Numbered from the stretch's first letter, positions 1 to 10,056 are shown. The stretch: 64,000 bases of DNA from Acidimicrobiales bacterium (GCA_049964855.1 JBMFWX010000007.1:218-64217); one strand, 5' to 3'. Numbers and translations are program-made. Notes: a model not told the origin generated them from the sequence alone.

Positions 1-1475
1 ATCTCGTGGGCGATGTGCCGGTAGTGGGGGTGTCCCTGGGGGCTGGAGCGCAACTCGATCAGGTGCATCGCCTCGCGGGCGTTCATCTGGATCACGTAAC
101 GGATCCGGTGGGCCAGCGCCACGGCGTACTGGCTCTGGTGGGGGAACTCCTCGTGCAGGTCGTGGTAGAGCTCGGCCGAGCGGCGCAGCGACTGCTCGTA
201 GGGTTCGACCAGGCCCGCGTCGACGATCAGCTCGGGCACCTCGTAGCCGAGGTCGGCGCCCAGCGGCTGCCACTCGATGGACAGGAGCCGGTGGCGCTGG
301 AGGTCGCGGAACGCCCCGTAGTCCGACACGATCTCGAAGCGGTAGTCGGTGCGCTCGAAGGCGCGGCCCGGGCGGTGGCGCCGGTTGCGCCGCTCGCCCA
401 CGTAGCGGGCGAACAGGCTCGCGCGCTCGCTCGTGCCCAGCCGCGCCACGAGTTCGCGAGCCTGCGCGTCCGAGAGGTCCGACGCCTCGAGGACGATCGC
501 CTCGAGGACCCGGGTCTCGCCCGCCGGGTCGAAGCCGACGAGGCGGACCCGTTGGTCGAAGCCGGCCGGGGTGACGTCCCCGGCCAGCGACGCCACGAGC
601 TGGTGGGTCTCGTCACTCGTCTCGCGCAGGTAGGCGGACCACGCGCCGCCGCGATCGGGCAGGTCGAGGCGGCGCAGGAACGACGGGATGACCTTCATCA
701 ACTCGCGGCGCATCAGTTCGGCGTACTCGCGGACCTCGGGCAGGGGGTGGACCCGCATGCGCAGCAGCAGGGCCTCATAGGCCTGCCCCGACCCGTAGAT
801 GCCCAGGTTGGACAGGGCGCTGGCCGGCAGCAGCCCGCGGGCGGCGTCGAGCGCCTTGGCGCGAATGGCCTGTCGGTAGACGAAGTCAGTGTCCTCGGCG
901 GTCTTGGGGTAGCGACGCGTCAGCCACTCGGTCAGCGGGGCCAACAGGGCGCCGTAGGTGTCGAAGACGCGGTCCATCTCGCCCACGTAGCGGGCGCCGA
1001 ATCGCGACTCGAGGATGTCGTGATCGCGGTAGAACCGGTAGTGGCCGTTGCCCAGCCGCCGGTCGTAGCCGAGGTAGCGAGTGGACTGCTCGAGGTAGCT
1101 CATCAACCGGCCTCGCTCGAGCACCTTGGTAAGCAGGTTGCTGGCCTGTTCGCACGCGAGGTGCACGCCGCCGAGCTGGGCCACCGAGTCGTCGCCGTAC
1201 TCCACGAAGATCCGCTGGTAGAACTCGTCGGCCCGGGCGAAGCCGACCGTGGCGTCGAAGGAGACGTCGCCGGTCAGGTCCAGGTCGCCCGCAAACTCGT
1301 CGAGGAACAGCCGGCGCAGGCTCTTCGAGGATCGCGAGTAGCGCGCGAACAGGGCCCCCTTGACGACCTCGGGCAGGTTCACCAGTGCGAAGACCGGGCC
1401 GTCCAGATTGGTGACGTACCGGCGCAGGACCGCCGCCTCGGCGTCGGTGAACTCTTCGGCGACGTAGGGGTGCAT
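1..1475 (-). CDS. ThyX-family FAD-dependent thymidylate synthase-like protein (long form); 5' end complete, 3' end lies beyond the window start
   Basis: Own translation of the minus strand from ATG 1475 (GTAGGGG SD-like motif upstream) gives MHPYVAEEFTDAEAAVLRRYVTNLDGPVFALVNLPEVVKGALFARYSRS...FRDLQRHRLLS...LIELRSSPQGHPHYRHIAHE, open to position 1. It carries the RHR-xx-S ThyX-type signature. It is missing from the ORF track because no stop lies in the window; the + ORF 6..1523 is its antisense shadow. Confidence 0.7.
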   Translation of the reverse strand, partial: MHPYVAEEFTDAEAAVLRRYVTNLDGPVFALVNLPEVVKGALFARYSRSSKSLRRLFLDEFAGDLDLTGDVSFDATVGFARADEFYQRIFVEYGDDSVAQLGGVHLACEQASNLLTKVLERGRLMSYLEQSTRYLGYDRRLGNGHYRFYRDHDILESRFGARYVGEMDRVFDTYGALLAPLTEWLTRRYPKTAEDTDFVYRQAIRAKALDAARGLLPASALSNLGIYGSGQAYEALLLRMRVHPLPEVREYAELMRRELMKVIPSFLRRLDLPDRGGAWSAYLRETSDETHQLVASLAGDVTPAGFDQRVRLVGFDPAGETRVLEAIVLEASDLSDAQARELVARLGTSERASLFARYVGERRNRRHRPGRAFERTDYRFEIVSDYGAFRDLQRHRLLSIEWQPLGADLGYEVPELIVDAGLVEPYEQSLRRSAELYHDLHEEFPHQSQYAVALAHRIRYVIQMNAREAMHLIELRSSPQGHPHYRHIAHE

Positions 1476-1500
1476 GGCCCCTACGAGATTAGGGCCGAAC

Positions 1501-3627
1501 CTAGCGCGGAGGGTGGACGCTGAGGTCGCTGGCCACCACGCTGCGCACCAGTGCGTCGCGGGCCTGGCGGGCCACCCGGGCGACGTCGCGGTTCTCCCCG
1601 ACGCGGCCCAGTTGGTCGCACAGGTCCGCCACCTGCTTGATGGTGCGCACGAAGTCCCCCGGCGAGGTCAGGCCCACCTCGAGGTCGGCGAGGTCCAGGA
1701 CCGTGCGCAGGGTGGCGCCCCGCGCCCAGGCGGCCACCGGACGAGCAAAGGAGCCGTCGGGCTCGCGCGCGTGGGGAACCTGGTACCGGCTCTCGATCTG
1801 GGTGATGGTCGCGGCGGTGACCTTGATCTGGCTCACGCGCTCGCCGAGGGCGTCGCGGCGCTCCTGCCCGAGGTGGTCGTGCAGCGTGCGCGACCGGGCC
1901 ACGCTCACACGAGCGCCGGCGTGGTCGCGTCGCGCGGTGCGCCGTCCCTCGTAGACGAAGCTGGACAGGACGCCGGCCAGTGTCGCGGGCTCGAGGTCGT
2001 CGAAGATCCCGGCGGCGAGGGACTGGGAGATCAGGAGGTCGGCCTCGTGGTAGAGGGAGCGTAGGAGGTGCCCCGGGGCGAGCAGCCGCCAGCCATCGGC
2101 GTAGCCCACGTCCTCGAGCACCCGATGACGAGCCGCGAGCTGCTCGCTCAGCGATCGGCGGCTCGCGGTTGGTCGATGGTCGGCCTCGAACTGCGCGTAG
2201 GAGCTGCGCACGATCTCCAGGGCCGTCTCCTGGGAGACGTGAGCCATGAGGTTCGCCGTCAGGTTGTAGGTCGGCTTGAACGAGGAGTGCAGCTCGGACG
2301 GCGGGGAGAGAGCCACGCGCGCGACGTCGCGCAGGGCGACCTCGTTGGCGAAGCACACCACGGCGTGCCCCTCGTCGTCCAGTCCCCGGCGCCCGGCGCG
2401 GCCGCTCAGCTGGGAGAACTCCCCGCTCGTCAGAAACTGGCGACCGGCGTCGGAGAACTTCGAGAACTTCTCCAGCGCGACCGATCGGGCTGGCATGTTC
2501 ACGCCCAGGGCGAGGGTCTCGGTGGCGAACACGACCGAGAGGAGGTTGCGCTCGAAGCAGTGCTCGACGATCTCGCGGAACGCGGGGACCATTCCCGCGT
2601 GGTGCGCGGCCAACCCCCGGCGCAGGCTGTCGAGGAAGTCGCCGTACTCGAGGGCCGCCAGCTCGTCGTCGCTGAAACCGTCCAGGTGGCTCTCGGCGAT
2701 GCGCTCGATCTCCGCGCGCTGCTCGGCGTCGGTGAAGCGCAGCCCGTCACGGCGGCACTGGCGCACGGCGTCATCACAGGCCGCGCGCGAGAAGATGAAC
2801 ACGATGGCCGGCAGCAGGTCCAGCCGGTCCATCGCCAGCAGCAGCTCGCTGCGTCGCGGCGCGCGAAAGGCGGCCGGAGGCGCCGACGCTCGCCCCTGCC
2901 ACCGGGGCCCGGGGCGGAAGCGGCGGGTGGCCCGCACGAGGTTGTCGATACGCCGTGCCTCGTCGGACGGCCGGTCGTGCGCCAGCAGGTCCACGATCTC
3001 CGCGTCGCTCTGGCCCCGTCGCACCACCGCCACGTGGTGGTGCAGGGTGATGGGGCGCTGCGTCTCGACGATCACGCGCGTCGCACCACGCACCGCGCTC
3101 AGCCACTCCCCCACGAAGTCGGCGTTGCCCACGGTCGCCGAGAGCGCCACGAAGCGCACGTGCGCCGGCGAGAGGATGAGCACTTCCTCCCAGACGCCCC
3201 CACGGAAGGGGTCCTGGAGGTAGTGCACCTCATCGAGGATGACGAGGCCCAGTTGGGCGATCTGGTCCGAGCGGGTCAGCAGCATGTTGCGCAGGACCTC
3301 GGTGGTCATGACGACGATCGGCGCGTCACGCTGGATCGACGTGTCCCCGGTCAGCAGGCCGACGTGCTCGACGCCGAACAGGCGGCCGAGCTCGTGGAAC
3401 TTCTGGTTGGACAGCGCCTTGAGCGGCGTGGTGTAGAAGGCGCGCTGGCCCTCTTCGCGCGCGCGGGCGATGGCGTAGTCGGCGACCAGGGTCTTGCCCG
3501 AACCGGTCGGGGCGCTCACCAGGACATTGACGTCGTCGTCGAGGGCGTCCAGCGCCCGGGTCTGGAAGTCGTCGAGGCCGAAGCCCAGGCCCGCGAGAAA
3601 GCGCTCGCGTCGTGACGCGGTGCTCAC
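1501..3627 (-). CDS. helY: Ski2-like DEAD/DEAH-box RNA helicase HelY
   Basis: LDDFQTRALDAL...SAPTGSGKT (Walker A), FYTTPLKALSNQK, DEVH box, LAAHHAGMVPAFREIVE, TETLALGVNMPAR. Start placed at GTG 3627, which overlaps the tatC stop as GTGA; the track ORF 1501..4077 is over-extended into tatC. Confidence 0.85.
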   Translation of the reverse strand: MSTASRRERFLAGLGFGLDDFQTRALDALDDDVNVLVSAPTGSGKTLVADYAIARAREEGQRAFYTTPLKALSNQKFHELGRLFGVEHVGLLTGDTSIQRDAPIVVMTTEVLRNMLLTRSDQIAQLGLVILDEVHYLQDPFRGGVWEEVLILSPAHVRFVALSATVGNADFVGEWLSAVRGATRVIVETQRPITLHHHVAVVRRGQSDAEIVDLLAHDRPSDEARRIDNLVRATRRFRPGPRWQGRASAPPAAFRAPRRSELLLAMDRLDLLPAIVFIFSRAACDDAVRQCRRDGLRFTDAEQRAEIERIAESHLDGFSDDELAALEYGDFLDSLRRGLAAHHAGMVPAFREIVEHCFERNLLSVVFATETLALGVNMPARSVALEKFSKFSDAGRQFLTSGEFSQLSGRAGRRGLDDEGHAVVCFANEVALRDVARVALSPPSELHSSFKPTYNLTANLMAHVSQETALEIVRSSYAQFEADHRPTASRRSLSEQLAARHRVLEDVGYADGWRLLAPGHLLRSLYHEADLLISQSLAAGIFDDLEPATLAGVLSSFVYEGRRTARRDHAGARVSVARSRTLHDHLGQERRDALGERVSQIKVTAATITQIESRYQVPHAREPDGSFARPVAAWARGATLRTVLDLADLEVGLTSPGDFVRTIKQVADLCDQLGRVGENRDVARVARQARDALVRSVVASDLSVHPPR

Positions 3628-4322
3628 CGGCGGAGCAACCGGCCCACCCCGATGGCGAGGAAGTAGAAGAGGGTGAGCGGGATGCCGAGGGCCAGCATGG
3701 AGAGGGGGTCGCCACTGGGCGTGAAGATCGCCGCGAAGATCGTGATCACGATCAGGGCGTAGCGCCAGGTCCGCAGCAGTTGGGCGGGGGTCACGAGGCG
3801 AGCCAGCTCCAGCGCGACGAGCACCACCGGGAACTCGAAGGCCACGCCGAAGATGAACATCATCAGCAGGAACAGGCTCAGGTACTGGTTGGGGTTGTAG
3901 TACGACACCAGCGAATGGCCGCCGATCGACTGCAGCCACGCGATGGCGTTGTCGAAGCTGAAGTAGGCCACGACGACGCCACCCGCGAAGAAGAGGACGG
4001 TGGCGGTGACGAAGGGGATCGCGTAGCGCCGCTCCTTCGCCTTCAGCCCGGGCGTGATGAAGCGCCAGACGTGCCATAGGATCAGTGGCGACGCGAACAG
4101 GACCCCGCCGAAGAGGGCGATCTCGACGCGCAGGTTGAGCCCGTCGAGGGGGTTGGTGACGAGGAAGGAGCAGTGGCGCGGCGTGGCGCGGCAGTAGGGG
4201 CCCTGGAGGAAGCGCAGTATCTGGGGGTACACGATGAACGCCACGATGCCCAGGACGATCACCGCCGCACCCGACTGCAGGAAGCGTCGGCGGGCTTCGG
4301 CGAGGTGCTCGGCCAGCGTCAT
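3624..4322 (-). CDS. tatC: Twin-arginine translocase subunit TatC
   Basis: Polytopic membrane protein with the typical MTLAEHLAEARRR N-terminus. ATG 4322 is preferred over the track start GTG 4352. Sits directly after tatA, as in mycobacteria. Confidence 0.85.
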   Translation of the reverse strand: MTLAEHLAEARRRFLQSGAAVIVLGIVAFIVYPQILRFLQGPYCRATPRHCSFLVTNPLDGLNLRVEIALFGGVLFASPLILWHVWRFITPGLKAKERRYAIPFVTATVLFFAGGVVVAYFSFDNAIAWLQSIGGHSLVSYYNPNQYLSLFLLMMFIFGVAFEFPVVLVALELARLVTPAQLLRTWRYALIVITIFAAIFTPSGDPLSMLALGIPLTLFYFLAIGVGRLLRR

Positions 4323-4358
4323 CCCGCTGGCGGCTCTGCGAAAGTTCGACACGTTGGG

Positions 4359-4790
4359 CTAGTTGAGGGAGGGGTCGACGGTGGGCGCGTCGTTCGCCGA
4401 TGGCGTGCGCTCGGCGGGTGGGAGGATTCCCGTGTCCGCGGGCCCGGTACGCATGGGTGGTGGTGGCGGTGACGAGGACGACGGCGGTGGCGGTGGCGAG
4501 GCGGTGACGTCGTGCACCGTGGCGCCCGACGCGCTCTCGCGGTCGTCGACCCGGTTGGCCAACTCGTTGAGCAGGTTCACTGGGCTGCGCGCGATACGCG
4601 CCAGGTCAGCCGCGCTGGGCAGGTCGGGCACGGCCTCGCGGACCTCGGACTCGATGCGCTCCTGGAGCTGGCGCAGCGCCCGCCAGCTCGAACCCAGTTT
4701 GCGGGCGACCTCGGGCAGCTTGTCCGGACCGAGCAGGAGCATGACCACGGCGACGATCACGACGATCTTGATCGGGCTGAGTGAGAGCAC
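4359..4790 (-). CDS. tatA: Twin-arginine translocase TatA/TatB-family protein
   Basis: The tail of track ORF 4359..5324 reads VLSLSPIKIVVIVAVVMLLLGPDKLPEVARKLGSSWRALRQ (TM helix plus amphipathic helix), then a Pro/Ser-rich tail. GTG 4790 is the first plausible start after lepB; the upstream part of the track ORF is Arg-rich junk overlapping lepB. Confidence 0.75.
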   Translation of the reverse strand: MLSLSPIKIVVIVAVVMLLLGPDKLPEVARKLGSSWRALRQLQERIESEVREAVPDLPSAADLARIARSPVNLLNELANRVDDRESASGATVHDVTASPPPPPSSSSPPPPPMRTGPADTGILPPAERTPSANDAPTVDPSLN

Positions 4791-4822
4791 GGCTCCATTG
4801 TAGGGGCCGGGGCGAAAATCTC

Positions 4823-5437
4823 CTAGAGGAAGCCGAATCGCGAGAGAGGCCAGATTCGCAGGAAGGCCTTGCCGATGATGTCGTGGCGGGGCACGAATCC
4901 CCAAAAGCGGCTGTCGCAGGAGTCGCTCTGGTTGTCGCCCATGACGAAGTACGAGTTGGCCGGTACGGTGACGTTCCCGATCGGGGTTCCCAGTGGCTCC
5001 GTGTGCGACCACGTCTGGTCCAGGGGCTTGCCGTTCACGTAGATGGTATTGCCGCGCGAGGTCAGGTGGTTGCCCGGCAGCCCGATCACGCGCTTCACGA
5101 GATCCGTGACGGGCTCGCCGCAGTGCTCTGCCGGCGGGTGCTTGAAGACGATGATGTCGCCGCGGTGGATCGTTCCCCAGGTCACGCTCAGCTTGGAGAC
5201 GATGATCCGGTCGCCGATCATCAGAGTGGGCTCCATGGAGCCCGAAGGGATGTAGAAGGTCTGGATGACGAAGGTCCGCAGCAGGAACGAGATGAGCAGC
5301 GCGACGACGACGATGCTCCCCCACTCGACCAGCGCGCGTCGCCGTGAGCGTCGCGGCGGGTGCTCGACCGGTCCGGTCCCCGCGGCCACCTCATCGCGCG
5401 GGCTCGTCACGGGGTCGGTCGACGTCTCATCGGGCAC
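4823..5437 (-). CDS. lepB: Signal peptidase I
   Basis: N-terminal TM segment, then IPSGSMEPTL (catalytic Ser box), KRVIGLPG (Lys box) and GDNQSDSCDSRFWGFV. Confidence 0.85.
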   Translation of the reverse strand: MPDETSTDPVTSPRDEVAAGTGPVEHPPRRSRRRALVEWGSIVVVALLISFLLRTFVIQTFYIPSGSMEPTLMIGDRIIVSKLSVTWGTIHRGDIIVFKHPPAEHCGEPVTDLVKRVIGLPGNHLTSRGNTIYVNGKPLDQTWSHTEPLGTPIGNVTVPANSYFVMGDNQSDSCDSRFWGFVPRHDIIGKAFLRIWPLSRFGFL

Positions 5438-5500
5438 CCGTCAAGGTTAGTCGCGCAGGCCGGTCACGGAGTTGGCAGAGCCGCACGCTGCCCGTCGCGG

Positions 5501-6880
5501 CTAGTCGCGCCGGTCGGGGCGTTGCAGGGAGATCAGCAACTTCTGGAAGCGCTCGTCCGAGCTCTTGAAGGGGTCCTTCAGCAGGACCGTGCGCTGCATG
5601 TCGTCGTTGAGCTTGAGGTGGACCCAGTCGACGGTGTAGTCGCGGTGCCACTCCTTGGCGGCACGAATGAACGTGCCACGCATGAGCGCGCGGGTCGTGG
5701 CGGGGGGCGTGGTGGCGGCGCGGGCGACGGCCTCGTCGTCGACGATCCGCCGTGAGTAGCCCTTGGCCTGACGACGGTAGTAGAGGCCCCGCGTGAGGTC
5801 GGTGTCGTGGTAGAGCAGATCGATCAGCGCGATCCGTGGATCGCTGAGCGGCACTCCGCTGCGTTCGCGCTCCCGGTCGATCATCTGCCACTTGGCGATC
5901 CAGTCCACGCGGTCCGCCAGGCCCATCGGATCGCTACGGTACTGCTCGATGACCTCGCGCCACATCGCGACCGCGCGCACCTGGTCCGCCGGCAGATCGC
6001 GGGTGGCCACGAACGACTCGGCCCGCTCGCACAGATCGTCCTGGATCTCGAGCGCGGTCATGTCGCGGCCGCTCGCCAGGTGGAGCGACTCCTTGCTCCA
6101 CAGATCGTAGGAGATCTCGCGCAGCGCGTTGATCGGTGCGGCCAGGTTGTAGTCGCGCAGCACGGTCGCGCGGTCCTCGATCATCGCCAGCACCACGGCG
6201 GCGGTGCCCGCCTTGAGGAAGGTCGCGAACTCGCTCATGTTGGAGTCGCCCACGATCACGTGCAGGCGTCGGAAGCGCTCGGGGTCGGCGTGGGGCTCGT
6301 CACGGGTGTTGATGATGGGCCGGCTGCGCGTGGTGGCCGACGAGATCGACTCCCAGATGTGCTCCGCGCGCTGGCTCATCGAGAACGACGTGCCCTTGGC
6401 GTTGGTCACGACCTTGCCCGCGCCTGTGAAGATCTGTCTGCTGATCAGGTAGGGGATGAACACCTGCTCCAGACGGCTCAGGTCGTCGATGCGCTCGATG
6501 CAGTAGTTCTCGTGGCACCCGTAGGAGTTGCCCGCCGAGTCGGTGTTGTTCTTGAACAGGTAGATCGAGCCCCGTACGCCCTCCTCGTCGAGTTGGGCCT
6601 GGGCGTAGGAGACGAGTTCGCGCAGGATCGTCTCACCGGCCTTGTCCTGGGCGACCAGATCGTCGAGGCTGTCACACTCCGCCGTGGCGTACTCCGGGTG
6701 GCTGCCCACGTCCAGGTAGAGGCGGCTGCCGTTCTCCAGAAAGACGTTGCTCGAGCGGCCCCAGGCGACCACCTTGCGAAAGAGGAAGCGCGAGACCTCG
6801 TCGGGACTGAGCCGACGCTGACCTCGCAGAGCGAAGGTGACGCCGTACTCCGTCTCGATCCCGATGATTCGCCGTAACAC
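5501..6880 (-). CDS. pafA: Pup--protein ligase PafA
   Basis: 459 aa with the N-terminus (V)LRRIIGIETEYGVTF of the Pup-ligase/deamidase fold. It is shorter than its paralog at 8569..10056, which fits PafA versus Dop. Lies 12 nt downstream of prcA. Confidence 0.8.
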   Translation of the reverse strand: MLRRIIGIETEYGVTFALRGQRRLSPDEVSRFLFRKVVAWGRSSNVFLENGSRLYLDVGSHPEYATAECDSLDDLVAQDKAGETILRELVSYAQAQLDEEGVRGSIYLFKNNTDSAGNSYGCHENYCIERIDDLSRLEQVFIPYLISRQIFTGAGKVVTNAKGTSFSMSQRAEHIWESISSATTRSRPIINTRDEPHADPERFRRLHVIVGDSNMSEFATFLKAGTAAVVLAMIEDRATVLRDYNLAAPINALREISYDLWSKESLHLASGRDMTALEIQDDLCERAESFVATRDLPADQVRAVAMWREVIEQYRSDPMGLADRVDWIAKWQMIDRERERSGVPLSDPRIALIDLLYHDTDLTRGLYYRRQAKGYSRRIVDDEAVARAATTPPATTRALMRGTFIRAAKEWHRDYTVDWVHLKLNDDMQRTVLLKDPFKSSDERFQKLLISLQRPDRRD

Positions 6881-6892
6881 GACTCGACCTGT

Positions 6893-7573
6893 CTATCCGC
6901 TGAGCAGTTCGGACACCTGGGCGTCGCTCAGGCGCGAGAAGGTTCGCCGGCTGCCGCGATCCTCGAGGATCGCGACCTCGAGGTCACTCACCGGTATCGT
7001 GCGGTCGGACCCGGCGAGGGCGTCGATGGCGTGGCGCAGGGTCACCGCGAGGTTGGCTGGTGACGTCTCGGTGGCCGCGAAGCGCCCCTTGATGGTCTCG
7101 GCGTCGCCCCCGAGCACGGCGAAATGGGGCTCGTCGGAGATGGTCCCCTCGTAGGCGACCCGGTAGAGCTTGGTCGCGCGGAACTGGTTGCCGAGCTGAG
7201 CGACGAGGATCTCGACCTCCAGTGGCTTGGGTCCTTCGCTGAACATGTCGCCGACGTGTTGGGCGTAGTAGTTGGCCAGGGCCCGCGCGTCGACGTCCTC
7301 GCGCGAGTACGTGTAGCCCGTGCCGTCCGCCCAGCGGATTCCCGCCTCACGAAGCCGGTCGAACTCGTTGTAGCGCCCCACGCCGGCGAAGGCGATGCGA
7401 TCGTAGATCTCGGAGATCTTGTTGAGCGACGCCGACGTGTTCTCCGCCACCATCACCACGCCCCGGTCGTAGATGGCGGCCAGGATAGAGCGGCCGCGCG
7501 CGATGCCCTTCTGAGCGAACTCCGCCCGGTCCTTGATCATTTGCTCGGGCGCGACGTAGAAGAAGTTGCTCAT
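6893..7573 (-). CDS. prcA: Proteasome alpha subunit
   Basis: MSNFFYVAPEQMIKDRAEFAQKGIARGRS... 20S alpha-type sequence. ATG 7573 overlaps the prcB stop (ATGA). Track ORF 6893..7939 is over-extended. Confidence 0.9.
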   Translation of the reverse strand: MSNFFYVAPEQMIKDRAEFAQKGIARGRSILAAIYDRGVVMVAENTSASLNKISEIYDRIAFAGVGRYNEFDRLREAGIRWADGTGYTYSREDVDARALANYYAQHVGDMFSEGPKPLEVEILVAQLGNQFRATKLYRVAYEGTISDEPHFAVLGGDAETIKGRFAATETSPANLAVTLRHAIDALAGSDRTIPVSDLEVAILEDRGSRRTFSRLSDAQVSELLSG

Positions 7574-8361
7574 CGTAGGGTGCTCCCCGCCACGCCGCCC
7601 GAGGCGGTGCGTCGCTCGGCGATGGTACGAAAGTGCGTGGCCGTCTCGTCGTCGGACAGCTCGTAGTAGCCGTCCTGGTCGACCGTGACCATCAGCGGGA
7701 AGATGTTGCGCACGAAGTCCGGGCCACCGGTGCTGGGATCGTTGTCGCCCGCCTCGTAGAGGGCCAGTGCCCCGAGCTCGAGGGCCGCCGCCCGGTCGAG
7801 GTCGACGCGAAAACCCAGGCGAAGAGCGCTCTCGGCGAACGGTGACCCCGAGCCGATCGTCGCGAAGTCCTGGCGCTCGTAGCACCCGCCCGCCCCGTCG
7901 TACTCGAAGATCCGCCCCATCTCGTGGCCCCGGTCCCAACCCGCCAGCAGCGGCAGCACCACGAGCGGCGTGGACAGGTTGTTGCGCTGGATGATCGGCG
8001 AGAGGTAGTTGGCCTTGCCCTCCAGGGTCAGCGCCGCGTCGGTCATCTTCTCGTAGTGCTCGAACGACAGCTGCGCCATGCGGATGAACTCGATCCCGCG
8101 GGCCGCGGAGCCGGAGATGGCGATGGCCGTGAAGCGGTCCGCGGGCTCGATCTTGCGTACGTCGCGGCTGGCGATGTAGTTGCCGGTGGCCTGGCGGTCG
8201 CCGACCATGACCACGCCGCCCACGTAGCGCACCGCCACCACGGTGGTGGCGTGGGGCGCGCCGACGTCGAGGGCCGCGGGTCCACGTAGACCGGCGGCGT
8301 CGGCGAAGTGCACGAAGGAGGGGCCGGGGTCGTCCTGAGCCCGAAAGAGGGGTAGGCCCAC
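7570..8361 (-). CDS. prcB: Proteasome beta subunit (with propeptide)
   Basis: A propeptide is followed by HA/TTVVAVRYVGGVVMVGDRQAT (candidate Thr1 nucleophile). GTG start lies 2 nt after the pup stop. Confidence 0.9.
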   Translation of the reverse strand: MGLPLFRAQDDPGPSFVHFADAAGLRGPAALDVGAPHATTVVAVRYVGGVVMVGDRQATGNYIASRDVRKIEPADRFTAIAISGSAARGIEFIRMAQLSFEHYEKMTDAALTLEGKANYLSPIIQRNNLSTPLVVLPLLAGWDRGHEMGRIFEYDGAGGCYERQDFATIGSGSPFAESALRLGFRVDLDRAAALELGALALYEAGDNDPSTGGPDFVRNIFPLMVTVDQDGYYELSDDETATHFRTIAERRTASGGVAGSTLR

Positions 8362-8363
8362 GT

Positions 8364-8558
8364 CTACTGGCCGCCCTTCTGGACGAAGTTGCGGACGAAC
8401 TCCTCGGCGTTCTCCTCGAGGACTTCGTCGATCTCGTCCAGCAGCTCGTCCAGATCGGCTTTCAATTGCTCGCCCTTGGAGGAGTCCACCGTGACCTCGC
8501 CGGTGGCGGGGGTGCTGCGCTCGGTGCGCTGTCGCTTGATTCGCTCTTGTTCTGCCAT
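8364..8558 (-). CDS. pup: Prokaryotic ubiquitin-like protein Pup (C-terminal GGQ)
   Basis: 64 aa, acidic, ...LDELLDEIDEVLEENAEEFVRNFVQKGGQ. Located between dop and prcB. Confidence 0.9.
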   Translation of the reverse strand: MAEQERIKRQRTERSTPATGEVTVDSSKGEQLKADLDELLDEIDEVLEENAEEFVRNFVQKGGQ

Positions 8559-8568
8559 GACTTCCGTT

Positions 8569-10056
8569 CTACCCGTCGAGGGCCGCCAGTAATGCGTCGG
8601 CCGTCTGACACTTGTCTAGCAAGTCTTGGGTCAGTGCGGCGGTACCTCGCAGTGGATCCATCATCGGCACGCGCTGCAACGGCCCGTGGCCGAGGTCGAA
8701 GACCAGCGAGTCCCAGTTCGCCGCCGTGACGGCGTCGGGGTAGCGCGCGACGCACTCTCCGCGAAAGTACGCCCGGGTGGTCGCCGGTGGCTTGTGAACG
8801 GCCTCACGAATGGCCTCGCGGCTCACGATCTCCCGTAGCCCGACCCGAGCGGCCAGTGACTTCTCGGGACGCAGGTCGTGGTACTGCAGGTCGATCGCGC
8901 GCAGGCGCGCGTGGGTGGACGCGAGCTCGTAGCGCTCGCGGTACCCGTCCACCAGGCGGCGCTTGGCGACCCAGTCGACCCGATCGGCCACGCGCGATGG
9001 GTCGTCGCGCACGCCGTCGAGCATCTCGCGCCACTGGTCGAGGACCATGGCCACCACGTCGCCGTCGCCCAGCGCGACGCCCCCGCCGCGGGTGACGTAG
9101 CGCGCGGCGAGGTTCCAGAGACGGTCCTGGTAGTCCCAGGCGGTACGCGCGCGTCCGTCCTCATCGGGCTCCACGACCCGCAGGTCGGGGTCCAGGGCGT
9201 AGTGGCGTAGCGCTCGTACGGGTTCGCGGGGCAACGCCGGGAAGGTGCTCACCCCCTCGTCCTCCAGCAGCGCGAGCAGCAGTGCCGTCGACCCCAGCTT
9301 GACCAGCGTGGCGACCTGGCTCATGTTGGCGTCGCCGACGATCACGTGGAGCCGCCGGAAGCGCTCGGCGTCGGCGTGGGGCTCGTCGCGGGTGTTGACG
9401 ATGGGTCGCTTCATGGTCGTCTCCAGCCCCACGACCTCCTCGAAGAACTCCGCCCGCTGGCTTAGCTGGTACGTCGCGCCGCTGGCCAGTCCGTCGTCGG
9501 TCTCGGTGCCCACCTTGCCCGCCCCCAGGATGATCTGACGCGAGACGAGGTGGGCGACCATCGCTCGCACGACGTCGTCGAAGGGGAGGTCGCGGCGCAC
9601 CAGGTAGTTCTCGTGGCAGCCGTACGAGTTGCCCTTGCCGTCGGAGTTGTTCTTGTAGAGCGTGATGGCGTCGACGTCGCGCAGCGAGCCGTTGGCGACG
9701 CGCAGGGCCCGGCGCATGACCTCCTCCCCCGCGACGTCGTAGAGCAGGCCCTCGAGGGGCGTGCGGCACTCGGGCGAGGAGTACTCCGGGTGCGCGTGGT
9801 CGACGTAGAGGCGCGCCCCGTTGGTGAGAACGGTGTTCGCCAGGTGCGTCTCGACGACGGGGGCGAACGCGGTGCGACCCGCCTGGAACCGTGCGTCCAG
9901 TCCCGGGTTCTCCCCCTCGAAGTCCCAACTGATGCGCGCGCGGGCGCCCTGGGCGTAGGCGTTCACGATGATGCTCGAGGCCACGACCGGGTCGGCCCCG
10001 GGGCCGCCCACCACGCCGTACTCGGTCTCGATGCCGAGGACCTTCTCGACCGCCAC
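8569..10056 (-). CDS. dop: Pup deamidase/depupylase Dop
   Basis: 495 aa, (V)AVEKVLGIETEYGVV, paralogous to PafA but longer. Sits immediately upstream of a GGQ-ending pup, which needs deamidation. Confidence 0.8.
   Translation of the reverse strand: MAVEKVLGIETEYGVVGGPGADPVVASSIIVNAYAQGARARISWDFEGENPGLDARFQAGRTAFAPVVETHLANTVLTNGARLYVDHAHPEYSSPECRTPLEGLLYDVAGEEVMRRALRVANGSLRDVDAITLYKNNSDGKGNSYGCHENYLVRRDLPFDDVVRAMVAHLVSRQIILGAGKVGTETDDGLASGATYQLSQRAEFFEEVVGLETTMKRPIVNTRDEPHADAERFRRLHVIVGDANMSQVATLVKLGSTALLLALLEDEGVSTFPALPREPVRALRHYALDPDLRVVEPDEDGRARTAWDYQDRLWNLAARYVTRGGGVALGDGDVVAMVLDQWREMLDGVRDDPSRVADRVDWVAKRRLVDGYRERYELASTHARLRAIDLQYHDLRPEKSLAARVGLREIVSREAIREAVHKPPATTRAYFRGECVARYPDAVTAANWDSLVFDLGHGPLQRVPMMDPLRGTAALTQDLLDKCQTADALLAALDG

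Noticed and set aside
6-1523. 505-aa plus-strand ORF covering the first 1.5 kb
   Set aside because: Its composition (runs of V, G, H, R, L, A, D) is typical of the antisense frame of a high-GC gene. The minus strand encodes a clean ThyX-like protein over the same span.
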